Part shown: piece by piece, positions 1 through 13,926 of the stretch
How the letters are laid out: each line of letters opens with the position of its first letter
Position numbering within the stretch: the first letter of the stretch is position 1
Source: Neoconidiobolus thromboides FSU 785
Taxonomy: Eukaryota > Fungi > Entomophthoromycota
Assembly (NCBI GenBank): GCA_025603075.1
Contig: MU626270.1
Span: forward strand, 143,882-207,881
Direction: 5' to 3'
DNA length: 64,000 nucleotides
Notes under the pieces: model-generated
What the model saw: only the letters and a program-made list of their open reading frames with translations
Told to the model about the DNA's origin: nothing
Databases searched by the model: none
Position numbers and translations under genes: made by a program

Positions 1-518
1 ATAATTAACAGAAGAAGGTTTTAAAACCAGAAAGATACCAATGCTAAATTGGATAAAACCAAAATAATTATTTATGACTATAGTTTGAGTTTTAATATTT
101 GGTCATATTATCACCAATTTATCTTTTTCTATCAGTGATTTAGTTTAGTCTTCCAGACAAATATAGTATAATATTTTATTGTTAAGGTATTAAATGAATA
201 CCAAGAAACGTGAAATTCCACTAATAAAGATAGCTTTAACATGAAACACTTTAAGTTCTATATTATAACTTTATTAGACAATGTTGTTTAATAGTTGATT
301 TCATTTAATATAATTAAATTATAATTCAGACATTTTATACAAAATAACTTAAAGGAGTTGGATTTAAAGAAAATCCAATATTTTAAGCTTATTGTTGTTG
401 GTAAATTACTAAATAAATCCGCTTAATAAATGACTATAAGCTACGCAACAAAAAATCTAACCTAAAAAAGGTAAAATCACTTAAAATTCTAAAAAATGCT
501 TTTAATAAACTTTAAATT

Positions 519-3500
519 ATGAGTTCCGTTAAAGTAAGCAGTAAGCTCAATTCTCATCCAATAGCTCAGTAATTCCATACTTAACCCTCTCATTATTAGT
601 ACAAGATCCCTTTGGCATATGGGAACGATTTGAAAAGGAAATCAGCGAATTCCTACCTTTACAATCCTTACAAATTAGGCTACCTTCTCGACCACTAAGT
701 ATCATCAGTCATTTAGAACTTACATTCACTACATTTAATTCTAACTGGAAAGAATCGAGCTTATTAAATCAACCATATAACCATTTATTCTTAGTGAGAT
801 ATGAAAGTATTGAAACGTATCGAACAGTAGTAAGACCACAAATTCGAGCTTGGTTACAAGCGATAGGGAAAGAGAGTGAGTTTTTGATAGTATTTGTGAC
901 GAATAGCCAAGATAAAGGATACGAAATAAAAGGAGGAAATGGATTCAATAATGCATTTCAACAGATAAGTGGTAGGAATTTATTACTGTCAAATTTTAAA
1001 AAAAATACACAACACTTAACGTTGCTGGAAAAAATGAAAGTGGATTTTAATGATAATAAAAAAGAACGAGTTATAGCAGTTAGCTTTAATTTTGAAGATA
1101 ATCCGAATCCAAATTTTGAATGCTGGAGGAATTTAATGGAATTAATTAAAGATATGGTCACTACAACGTTTCAATTTCGATTTGAAAGTTTAGAAGAGGA
1201 AATGAATAAACTGGATGATCAAAGAAGATTTATTGGTTGGAACATTAACCCCTTTTTTATTATCAAAGATTCAATTGCTAAACAATTAAAATTAATTCAT
1301 TTACATAAAGAAGCTTTGAAATTATATGATGAATTAGAAGCACTGCTATATCATTGTTCTAAGGGTAAGAATTTTATTATAAAATATTAAAGAAAGCTTT
1401 TATAAATTTTTTTATTACAGAGGATTTAGAATTATGGTTTGTTGGAGATAAAGAAATTGAGAGTATCAATATAGTCGAATTATTATTAGCAAATGGTAAT
1501 AATGATGAAAAGCAATTAGAACTAATAGCTAAAAATCAAATTACTTATTTTGAAATTCAAATTTACTTATTCAATCAACAATTACAATTATTAAAAAAAA
1601 TGGATTTAATGTTAGAATTTGGTATTCGCAGTTTAAAATTTTTAAATACGTTTCAACAATATATTATAAATAATAAGGTGAATATCAATCTATTTTTATT
1701 ATTTAATTAGTTTTGTTTATTAATTAATTCATATAGGAAGATAACATAAAAACCCAGATATTTTCGTGTAGTTGGAGTTATCTCAATAGTATGCAATTAT
1801 ATAATAATATGGATGAACATTTTGAACAAATTAAACGTAAAGATATATCTAAAGCTAGTTCATTAATTAATTTGAATACTATAAAAAGTAGTATTATGTA
1901 TTTAGCTAAAACTCAGTTGGAGAAATTAGGCTTATTTTTAAATTATTTACCTTTACTTCCGCCTTTTATTCATTGTTTTACTAAACCTTATTTGGAAAAT
2001 ATTATGCAAGATGAAAAAAATTTAGAATTTATTTATGATTCGGAGTTAAAGGTGAGAATATTTATTGATGTATAAAATTAAAGCTTATATATTGTTTTAG
2101 AATAGTATGATTAGTATAGATACTTTTGATTCATTATATTTAAGTCTTAATAGTCGATTAATTTCAGATTATGAAAGTGATAAAAAAAAGCGAAACATAT
2201 CATTAATTCAAACCTATATGGCTAGTTTACACTATTATCGAAAACGATATAAATATACGATCAATATGGTAGAACATTCGAGTTATGATTATATTAATGA
2301 AGGATGGATTTATACTTCATTTGAATTATTATCAAAATTAATATTGGCTTATAATGAATTGGAAAAACATTCAGAGTTAATTAGATTAACGTTGAAAGTA
2401 CTCAAGTTTTGTAAGGAATTAAATTTAGTACAGAATGAATTTTTTGTAAATAAATTGATTGATATATCAAACAAATTGAAAGAAGAAATTACTAGTAAAG
2501 CAGAGAATTACTTTAATTTAATATCAGTAGAAAAAGCAGATTCTTTTGATGATTATATTATGATTACATTAAAGATTGAAAATTTATTACCTGTGGTAAA
2601 TATAACTTAACATTTTATACTTAATTATATTTAATTTTATTGTTATTATAGGATTTACCAATTGAATTAATTGAATTAGTATTAAGTGGAAATCAAAATT
2701 GTAAATTAACCTTTGTTAATGAAAGTCAAAAGAAATTAATATTAAAATCGGGAGTGAATTTAATACCATTAAAATGTGAGGTAAAACAATAATATATAAT
2801 CCTATAATAATAATAGTAATAATAATAATAATAATAAATAGAATTTCACAATCGGAAAATATTTTGTAGATAAAATATTAATCCGTATGAATAAGTTGTG
2901 TTTTAATTATGAATTAATTGAAGAACAAATCATTTTATTATTAAATGATTACCCGCAGCATTTATTAATTGAAAGTGAATTGTATATGGATGGTAATAAT
3001 ATAACATAATAATATGATAATTAATATTAATTAAATTAGGTTTGATATTAAATGTATATACACAAAATAATAGTATATTAGAAGGAGAATTAAGTTTAGA
3101 TATTTTAGAAATAATGAATGGCATTGAAATACAAGATAATTACATGGGATTTATATTAAACCAAAACGATATTAATTGTTGTCAATCAATATCAATTTCT
3201 TGTTACAAAGATATTAATAGTCAATTAACATTATCAATACCTAATTTATTAAATAATCAGTATTTAAAATTAATTTTACCAGGTAAAATTATGTTAGCTT
3301 TAGATATTCAAATGATGGTAAATCCTGTTTTGTGTGTTTATATTATTTATGTTGATATTATTTTTTTAGATTAATTATAATGTTTATTATTTAAATAATA
3401 ATAAAAATAAGATCAAATATAATGGATTATTAACTGTTTACATGGAACCTTATCCATTTAAATTAGATTATCAATTTATTTTAGATACTATAAAGTAAGT

Positions 3501-5098
3501 TTAATAATATATAATATAATGTATGATATAATATTAATATCAATATTAATATTTATTTAATTTAGTATGAATAATATTCAATATTTACAGATCAAAATGA
3601 ATACAATTAATAAAACAACAGGATATAAAATAGAATCAATTCAATTATTTAAAAAATCGATAATTGAAAATGAATTGAATCATGATCTTTCTTTACTAAG
3701 AAAAAGAAAAATTAATGAAGATTGGTTGAATCCTGTTTTTAATGATGAAGAATATTTTGTATTATTACCTAATCACACATTAAACTATTTATTTAATTTT
3801 CAATATTTTAATAAGAATGGTAAATAACACATAAAATAGGTATCAATGGAATAGAGATTAACATGACTTATATTTATTTAGATAATGATATTTATTTTGT
3901 TAAAATTAATTATACCACTTATAAAAAAGGTAACAATAGAATATTAATATTAACAATAGAATATAAACTAATACTATTTTTAACTTAATAGAAATACAAT
4001 TAGTAATTAAAAAATTAATCAAAAGTTATTTTAAAATGTCAATTGATAGTGAAACAATATTTAAAACATTACAACAATTAATCTTAGAATCAGGTCGAAT
4101 TTTAGATTATGTAATTACTGGTCAGTTAAATTTAAAAGATATATCTATACTGGATTTGGATTTTTCTTATATTTTAAATGAAATTGATATTCCAAAAGTT
4201 AAACAAAAAATGATTGGGTTTTTAAAGGTAACAAGTTTTAGTAAAATAGATACAAACTTAAATATTATTATATATTTTTATAGAAATATTCAATATTGGA
4301 ACAAAACGAAATTGAAGAAATATTAAAAGAAAATGAATTAATACAATATAATAGTTTAATATTTCAACAAGAGATAAAACTACCTAAAGTAAGTAATAAA
4401 ACTAGAATTAATAAAAATTAAAGATTAATTAGTAAAAATCATTTTTATTATTTTAGAAATGGTTGTCTATTGAAATTCAAAAGATACCTTTAAAAATGAA
4501 ACTAGGGGAACATTATTCAATTGAATATCATTTAAAAAATTTAAATCAATCTATTAATGAATTATGGTTTAAAATTAATAATAATAATGAAGATTGGATA
4601 ATTACTGGAAAAATTAAATTTAAACTAGAATTCGATGTAAGCTTTACTACTATATAATAATAATACTAATAATGATACTAATATATTTTAATATAGGAAC
4701 AAAATCAAACTCATGTTGTTAATATTACAATTACCCCACTAAAATCAGGCTATTTAAAATTACCTCAATTACAAATATTAAAAGAAAATCTTCATGGGTT
4801 AATCAATACCTCTAATAATAATAAATTTATCCCAACAATTACTAATAACACTAATAGTAATAATAGTAAACGAATGATACCTAAACCAATATTTACTGGA
4901 ATTACTGATACTATTAATAATAATAATAATAATGAAGATTTGATTATTTTTGATAAATCTTGTTTATTACAAGTATTAGTTAATGATCGAATGGAATGTT
5001 TTCCAATTACATTAGAACATACTGAAGAGAGCGAAGTTAAATCCATGCAATCATTGAGTTCCCCATTAGGTAATTTATCCTTTTTGACTTTGGAGTAG
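519..5098 (+). CDS. TRS130: TRAPP II subunit TRAPPC10/Trs130 (multi-exon)
   Basis: ATG at 519, first intron GTAAGC..TAG, then an exon reading QDPFGIWERFE...PYNHLFLVRYESIETYRTVVRPQIRAWL, the TRAPPC10 N-terminal signature. WNINPFFIIKDSIA..ALKLYDELEA matches the conserved WNF..FF..KE.LA..YDEL block. The C-terminal exon near 4700-4790 reads ITPLKSGYLKLPQLQI. Internal exon boundaries are approximate. Confidence 0.85.
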
Positions 5099-5542
5099 AA
5101 AGGAGAAAGAGAGGGTTTATATAAATATATATAATAAAATTTATAATTTTTTATATATTAATTTTATAATTGCTTAGCTAATTGAGTTCAAATATTAGAA
5201 TATTATCTTTAATCGTTATCTTTAATTCAAACTGTTATTAATTTTCGTAATAAACAAAGTTGGAGATAACTTTAATTTGGGATTTTTTTTCAAAAATAAG
5301 TCAAATTTCTAAATATAGAAATGAAAGTTCCTTAACAACTTTTTCAAAAAAACTAATGAATTGCCACACTTAATTAAGGAACCTAAATTTTAACCAGAAT
5401 TTTTTTAGCTAAATTTAACATTTTTAGTTTTAATTGAGTTTTTTTCTATAAAAAAAAGAAGAGAGATAGAATTCCATTAACAATTTAACTAAGTAACTTA
5501 AAAATAAAACACGAAAAGATCAAATAATAAAGGAAAAAAAGG

Positions 5543-7135
5543 ATGAATTTTTATGATAGAATACAAGATATTGTAAATGACCCAGTAAATGGACGTACTT
5601 TAATTGGTGTCTTATTATCCGTAGTTGGGAATGTAATTCAATATAACTAACAACTTTAATAACTATTATTAACTAATTCATTCTTTTAATTAAATTATCT
5701 CAATAATTAACTAGATATTAATTTCTGTTGCTTTGAATATTCAAAAATATGCACATAATCGAATTCAACAAAGGATAAGAAATGGTGAGTTACAAGCTTT
5801 ATTACAAAGTAATAGTAGCAGAAATAATGGGAATTACGCTAATGTTGATAACAATGGATTAAATGAAGAATTGGAAATTAATGAATATGGGACAGAGACA
5901 AATATTAAACCTAAAAACAAAAATTATTTAAAAAGTAAATTTTGGTGGTTGGGTTATATATTAATGAATTTAGGTAAGTTTAATTGTATTACTTTATAAA
6001 TGAACATTTTATTAATATTAATATGAAATTCCTATTAGGCGAAGTGGGTAATTTTTTAGGTAATTTTAAGTCTTTAGTTTTAAATTGAAAATAATTCAAC
6101 ATATTACTATTTATTAGCTTATGGCTTTGCACCAGCAAGTACAGTGGCTCCTTTAGGTACAGTTGGATTAATTTCAAACGCTCTAATAGCACCCTTTTTC
6201 CTTGGCGAAAAATTTCGTAAAAGAGATTTTTTTGGTATATTATTAGCTATGTCGGGGGCTATTATGGTAGTTATGACTTCTAAAAACACAGAATCAAATG
6301 TAAGTGAATTGATTGATTTCTATTTAATTAAGTATAGAAATTAATAATTGTTTTTATTTAAATTTTTAGTTACCTGAAGATGGATTTTTCGATTTATTTT
6401 TTCGATCTAAAGTCATGATTTATATTGCTACTTGTATTTGTTTAATGGCTTTATTTTTAAGTATATCTGATACATATGGAAAAAAATTTGTTGTTATTGA
6501 TATCTCAACTGTAGCTTTATTTGGTAATTATTTATTTCATATTGTATAAAAGACGATAAAATTAATAATATAAAATCAATGAATTAATTAATAAAAATAA
6601 TTTAGGTGGTTTTACAGTATTAGCTACTAAAGGAGTATCTTCTTTACTTAATAGTATGAAAATGAAAGCTTTTATTTACCCTTCTTTTTATTTTATGATT
6701 ACTATATTAATAGCTACAGGTATTTTGCAAGTGAAATATTTAAATAAAGCATTACAATCTTTTGATTCCACAGTAGTTATACCAACTCAATTTGTTTTAT
6801 TCACACTCTCCGCTGTGATTGGCTCTGCTATATTATTTGATGAATTTGAAGCATACACATTGGAGCAATATATTACCTTTATCTTTGGATGTTTATTGAC
6901 ATTTGTTGGGGTTTATTTAATTGCTAGTGAAAGGGGAAATGAAAATCAAGATAAAATGGGACCTTTATTTTCGGATGGAGAATCAACACATTCTAGAGAA
7001 TCTTCAAGTTCGTCTAATTATAAAATGGGCTTCGGGATCCCAATTGGAAGCAAAGATAATAGATCAAGTTCAAGAGCTTTTTTAAATAAGAATCATGTCA
7101 CTGGATTAGCTTCCGTTGGTTTATCTTATTCTTAA
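5543..7135 (+). CDS. NIPA/DUF803-family Mg2+ transporter-like membrane protein (multi-exon)
   Basis: Spliced exons give LIGVLLSVVGN|ILISVALNIQKYAH, SKFWWLGYILMNLGE, AYGFAPASTVAPLGTVGLISNALIAPFFLGE and QVKYLNKALQSFDSTVVIPTQFVLFT, all NIPA hallmarks. Confidence 0.9.
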
Positions 7136-7255
7136 TTAAGAATAATCTAACTGATTTGATTTTGTTTATCATTGTTTTTATATTTAGTTAGAAGTTTTTT
7201 TTATATTAATAAAAAAGTAGCTATTATTTTAATTAATAAAGTTTTATTTATTTAT

Positions 7256-9021
7256 TTATTTAAAAAGTACACTTTCTAAATTAGGATTAATATTGGAAGG
7301 ATTAGAAGATGTTGGATTAATGATTTTAGTTTCAATCTTATGATTATTTAAAAATTGATTAATTATAATATCGGAACCCCTGCTTGCAGGCAATTTTAAA
7401 TCGTAAACTTTAGATTCTAATTGTTTTGTTAATTCTTGAATTTTTGGATCACTTGATAATCTAATAAAAAAATAATTAATAATATTAATAATATTAATAA
7501 TATTAAGTTTGTAATAAATAAACAAAAATTAATAATAAAATTAACTTACTTAGTTAATAAGGAAGAAGTCACTTCTCTCCACATCCATCGAATTTGTTGC
7601 TGACCACGTTTGTTTTTTTTAATATTATTATTTGATATAAAATTATTAAATAAATTCAAATTCTCCCATACTTCTTGAATACCTTCTTTTTTTAAAGATG
7701 ATATTTTCAATACCTAATTTAGTTAAAAATGAATATTCATATTAATAAAATTTTAATCAAATAAAATAATTGTAAAAGAAATAACATTACTTTTGTTTCC
7801 CATCCCATCGTATTTGGATGCATAAATTTCAAGGCACTTATTAATTCAGTTTGTGCTCTTGTAGCGCTATTAATTAAATCACCATCCGCTTTATTGACTA
7901 TAATTATATCACTCATTTCCATAATTCCTTTTTTCATGCCCTTTAATAGTAATAAAATATTAAATTTTAATTTAATCTAAGGTTTAAAAAAAATTAAGTT
8001 ACTTGTAATTCATCACCACCAGCTGGTGGTACTATTAAAGTAAATCTAGATCAAAATTAAATATTAATATCGAATTTCAATTAGTTAGTAATAATAATTA
8101 AACTTACACATCTACCATATCCGCCACTACTGTCTCACTCTGTCCAACACCTACCGTTTCAACTAAAATGATATCGTAACCAGCAGCTAAAAGAATCAAA
8201 AAACATTATTTAATTTTTAATTTTAATATAAAAAAGTTAATATTATTGGATTTACCTTCGCATAACAATATAGCTTCATTTGTGTTTCTAGCTACGCCAC
8301 CCAAGGTGCCTCTTGATGGAGTAGGTCTTACATAAGCCATATCATTACGTGATAATTCATACATACGTGTTTTATCACCTAAAATACTACCCCCTGTTTT
8401 TGTTGATGAAGGGTCAACTGCCTAATTTTAAGTATTAATTAAACTAAATAGTAATAAACCATAATAATAATAATAATAAAAGTAATAATAATAATAAACT
8501 ACAAAATAGTATCTATTTAAATTACTTATTAAATGATATAACTTACCAATACAGCTACTTTATAGTTTAATTTTGTTAAATGAGTACCAAAGGATTCGAT
8601 AAAAGTTGATTTTCCCACTCCTGGAGAACCAGATAGCCCTATTCGATAGGTGTTTTTGAAATTTTTATTAGCTAGGATTTTATTTAGTAGTAATTTGCTC
8701 TCTGCTTGATGATCTAAACGAGTGGATTCAACTATAAAAATGATTAAAAGATAATTTAAAGAAGATAAATAGGGTATTAGGATAATCAATAGATGATATT
8801 ACCTAATGTTATTGCTCGAGATAAAGAAAACCGATCACCCTTTACTAAACCTTCATAAAGATTAGAAGATAATTCATAATTATAGGAATTAGAATTGCAT
8901 AGTGTGGAAGTTGAGAATGTTAACTAAAATTTAATTAGATAATTTCAATTATTATTTATTTAAAATAATATTAAATTACTTTAAATAACTTATGATAATT
9001 ATAATTCTTTTTTAATAGCAT
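7256..9021 (-). CDS. MMAA: Methylmalonyl-CoA mutase-associated GTPase MMAA/MeaB (mitochondrial, multi-exon)
   Basis: Spliced minus-strand exons give [16 protein letters not shown]|[20 protein letters not shown] (P-loop), [43 protein letters not shown] and [20 protein letters not shown]. The ATG at 9021 is followed by a K/S/T-rich leader. Confidence 0.92.
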
Positions 9022-9204
9022 ATTTTAAATTACTTATGATTTCAAAAAATAAATTGAATAAAATAACAATTGTTTTATTTTTTTAAATTTAAGAATTCGA
9101 AATATTTTAACGTCATTAAAATAAATTTGAACTGCATAATTTAAAATTACACTTCTTATTTTTTATTGTTCCTTTCTTTAATAATAAAATAAGTAGTTGA
9201 TTAT

Positions 9205-10795
9205 ATGGAATTTAAGTTACAAAATAAAATTGAATCTATAACTGATGAAGAAGTAAATGAATCTCAATTGCAATCTATTATCAATGAATTTTATCCTACT
9301 ATTAATATTCTACCAACTGAACATAATCAATTTGAAGGAATCAAAGAATATTGTAATTTAATTGAAAGTAACAGTTGGGAATTAATTCATTATATTGAAA
9401 AAGAAATCCATAATTTAACAGAAGATATTGAACAAGAGATACAAATTATTGATAATAATTTACCTAAATTAACATTAGATTTAAATTTAATTAAATATAA
9501 AATAGAAAGTTTAAAAGCAAAGATTTTAGAATGTGAAATGGAAATGAAGATAGATAATGCTATTAACAAAATCACAGAGAATAGTTATTATACAGAATTA
9601 ATTCAATTGACCACAGAACAAAAAGATATTGAAAACAAAATTGAAGAGTTAAATTTAGATGCCTTTTGGAATAATTTAGAAAAAGAAATTATATTAGCTT
9701 TAGAACAAAAAAATTATATAGTTGCATCCAAGAAATATAAACAAGCTGAATTGAATTTAGAAAATCAATTGAAAATCAATAATCAAGAAAAACAAGATAG
9801 TAGAAAAAAAGTGTTGAATTTATGTTTACAAAGAATTGAAAGTGTATACAGACAAGTATTAACAGAAGGAATTAAAAATCGAGATAAATTAGTGACTAAA
9901 AATTTATTAACGGGATATTCAGTATTAGGAAATGAAGATAAAGTATATAACAAAATTATTAAAGAATTTTGTTTTAGTATAGTAGTTAATTTTAAATCAG
10001 AATATAATAAAGGTATTGAAACATCAGATATGAAAATCAATTTATTAAAAAAATATTTAAATGACATATTAGAAAAAATTAATGAAGAAATTGAATGGTG
10101 TTTATTAGTATTTGAAAAAGAGGTATATAAACTAATTACTAAATTAATAGTGAATTTTTTAAATCATTTAAAAAGTTATTTTTTTCAAAATGAAGAAAAT
10201 GAAATAATGTTATCATATTTTAATTTAATTAATGAATTTTTAATTAAAATTGAAAGAGTAATCTATTTTCATTGTGTTAAATATTCAAATGAAAATAAAA
10301 AAGAAATGGAAAATATGGAAGATGAAGAAGATAATTTATTAACAATTAGTCAATTTAAATGCTCCACTTTATTTGAATATTGGTTATTAAACTTAGTACC
10401 TATTTTAAGTATGTTTTTAAAATATCAACAAGAATATTATAATCAAAATAATAAATATATCTTATTTAGTATAGAATTTGGTAGAGAATTAATTAAAAAA
10501 GACAAGAAATTTACATTTGGTTATAATTTATTAGGACTATTAAATTATATTCAAAATATAATTAAAAATACATTAAATCAAATTAATAATAATAGTAATA
10601 ATCAGTTACAACAATCAACAATAGTCAACTGGAATAGAATTCAAGAATTAATTAAAATGAATGAAAAATTTCTTAACATTCAAAAGGAATTTACCCAGTT
10701 AATTGAAGAAATGAATTTAGAGTATAATTATTTAACAATAATTAATGATTTGGATATTAACAATATGAAATTAGAAGATTATGAAATGATATTAG

Positions 10796-10834
<39 letters not shown>

Positions 10835-11733
10835 GTAATAATAATAATAATAATAATAATCCAATTAAAGTAGCCTTAGCTACTATTAAAAATTGTCAAC
10901 AGAGTGAAATAATGAATAATAAAGAATTCAAACAAATAATTGAAATGATCAAATTGAATAAATTTAATGAAATTAAAGTAAATCAAGATATTTATAACCA
11001 AATCAATAATGAAATTCAATTAATATCTAAACAATTATTTGAATTAGTCAGTTGTCCTATTTTGTTAAAAATTGATAATATGAGTGAAAAGAATAATAAT
11101 GAAAAGAATGGTAATGAAAGCAATTTATTTTCTTTAGCACCTAATAGAAACATATTGGAAATTGGAGAATATTTGTTAACGTTGCCTCAAAGACTAGAAG
11201 TTTATCTAGATGATTTGGGCTTTTTAGTTACACAGAAGTATTTTAATAATAATAACAATAATAATCAAAATAAACAAAAAGTATTAAATCAATGGATTAA
11301 CGAATTGAGTCAATTAACAATGAGTTATTATTATCAACGAATAACAGTTAATTATATTAAATTAGAACAATTAAAAATTGATTGTTCCTATTTGTTAAAT
11401 GTAATTATGGCCTTATCAATTAATCCAATATTAGATTTAAAATTATTATTAATTGCTTTAAATTTGAACTATAATCAATTAATTTTATTAATAAAAAACA
11501 TTCAATTCAATGAGAATATTTATACAAATGAATCTTATCTTAAGGTGTTAAATTTATTATCTGATCAATTTAAAGAATTTAATTTAATAGATATCTTAAA
11601 TAATAATGATAAAGATAAGGATAAAGATAAGGATAAAAATAAGGATACTAATATTATAACTACTAATTATACCTCTAATCAAATTCATGATATAGTAATT
11701 AATATATTAAAGAGTATCAATCAATTAAAATAA
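9205..11733 (+). CDS. COG7: Conserved oligomeric Golgi complex subunit 7 (COG7), long form, single exon
   Basis: 842-aa ORF with an N-terminal coiled coil. The C-terminal block FSLAPNRNILEIGEYLLTLPQRLE and QLKIDCSYLLNVIMAL resembles the COG7 FSxxPxEYITxIGxYLxxLP motif. Confidence 0.7.
10798..10860 (+). repeat. (AAT)12-AGT-(AAT)8 coding microsatellite (poly-Asn) in COG7
   Basis: Read directly from the sequence; translates as N12-S-N8 in the ORF. Confidence 0.95.
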
Positions 11734-11779
11734 ATGAATAATAATAATATAACACTTATTATTACTTAATATAATTTTA

Positions 11780-13614
11780 TTATTCAAGTATAATATACTT
11801 TTTTAAGTCTTGTGGTATAGCCGATAATAAACCTTTTGATTCTAACCATTTATAACCTAATAATAATAAATAAATAAATTATTGTTAGTATTTTCTTATT
11901 TCTTATTAATATATTAAGAATCAAATTTTACTAAATAATCTAGATTGATATCGATATGCTCCATCACATAATAATGTTACTATCCTTTTACCTAGTTAAA
12001 TTTTAAAATTTACTTTGTTTATTATTATTATTATTGTTATTTACCAGGTCCTTCTCTTTTAGCTACTTCAACTGCTGCAGCTGCATTTAATGCTGATGAT
12101 GCACCAACATATATACCATCATTATGAAGTAATTTATAGACCTTAAAATAATAATAATAAATCAAATTTTCCTATCAAATTAGTAATTAATTTTACCATT
12201 TCAATTGAAGCTTCATCGGGTACAGTAAAAGCCTCATGAACTAAATTTAAATCCTCTTTTAAATTATTTGTAATTCTTCCTTGGCCAATACCTTATAAAA
12301 AATATTATTGATATTAATATGTTCATATCAATTGCTATTTATTATTGTTGATTATTGTTCAAAATTTACCCTCTGTAATTGAAGAACCTTGTCTTTCAAA
12401 TAATTTACCACCAGATGTAAAATAGGAAGTTAATACAGAGCCTGGTGGATCCGCTAAATAACAATGAATATTTTTATCTTGCTTTTTTAAATAAGAGGAA
12501 ATTCCAGCAAAGGAACCAGCAGTTCCAGTAGCACATGTAAAAGCATCAATTTTTCCTATTTTAATATTAATAAAAATGAAATTAATATCAACCAATTTTG
12601 TCCTTTATATTATTATTATTATTATTATTAGATCTATCTTTTCTAAAATTACTAATTTTTAGTATTATTAATACTCACCTTCAGTTTGTTTCCAAATTTC
12701 TGGTCCTGTTGTTTCAATATGTGCTCTTCGATTAGCTGTATTATCAAATTGATTAGTCCATACTGCATTTTCTAATTTTTCAGCATGTCTTTTAGCTTGA
12801 TGATTATAATTTTCTGGATTTTCAAAAGCAACTGCTGGTACTGGATAAACTTCAGCGCCTAAAAAATAAAATTGAGGATTTGTTTTTGAAATCATCATTT
12901 GATTATTCTTTACCTAACATTTTTAATAAATCGATTTTTTCTTGACTCTATAGAATAATATACAGATTATAATCAATTATTTAAATAATGTCAAAGATTG
13001 AAATAATCTCACCTGTGTATTAGGCATATAAATTACACATTTGTAACCTTTAGCTCGACATACATGTGCAAGACCAATACCAGTATTACCTATTTAAGCC
13101 AAAATCAATCAAAATCAATCAAAACCTTCACCATCATATCCCTATTTCAAATCTCCCTCAACAATCTCTACTATTCATCCAAAATTTTCAAAAATAAGAA
13201 CTTACCAGCAGTTCCTTCTACTACAGTACCACCAGGTTTTAATAATCCTTTTTCTTCAGCATCTAAAACTACATATAATGCAGCTCGATCTTTTACCGAG
13301 CCACCAGGATTCATAAATTCTGCTTTAGCTAATATCTCACATCCAGTTTCTTTACTTAAGGAATTAATTCTTATCTAAATAAACAATAGTTAAAAGGCTA
13401 AGATGAATTTAGAATTCGAATACCAATGGTGTGTTTCCAATCGCTCCAATAAAACCATTGACAGGCTGGAAATGAAAAGAAATGAGTGAGATTTAATTAT
13501 TAAATTCAATGAATTCATATTTACTTTATTTGGAGTCAATAATTCAAACGGAGAAGTGGAATACTTTTTTTTGAATATATTAACCTTGGGTTTAATTGTT
13601 TTTAGTACTTTCAT
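11780..13614 (-). CDS. cysK: Cysteine synthase (O-acetylserine sulfhydrylase, PLP-dependent) with a likely mitochondrial leader (multi-exon)
   Basis: Spliced exons give IGNTPL|[32 protein letters not shown] (PLP lysine), [36 protein letters not shown] and [10 protein letters not shown], ending [22 protein letters not shown]-stop. The basic N-terminus is [21 protein letters not shown]. Confidence 0.92.
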
Positions 13615-13926
13615 TTGGATTGCTTATAAAAAATAATTAAATTTTTTGCCACGTAAGTTATTGAGTTTTTATACTGGTTTTTTTCGAATGGTGTCACTTT
13701 TTAGCAATATGTTGTCATTGGTGCCATTTCTCGCATTTAATGCTAGGATTTATTACTAATAAGTATAATAAGAGAATATAATAAAATTAAACAAGTATAG
13801 AAGAGTAATATGATAAAAAAAAACCAAAATGAACAGTATTTTTTTAGCTATTCGATAAAATAAAATAAAATAGATAATAACAAATGTCCTTTATCACTCA
13901 CATATTCAAAGAATCTTTTTATTTTT

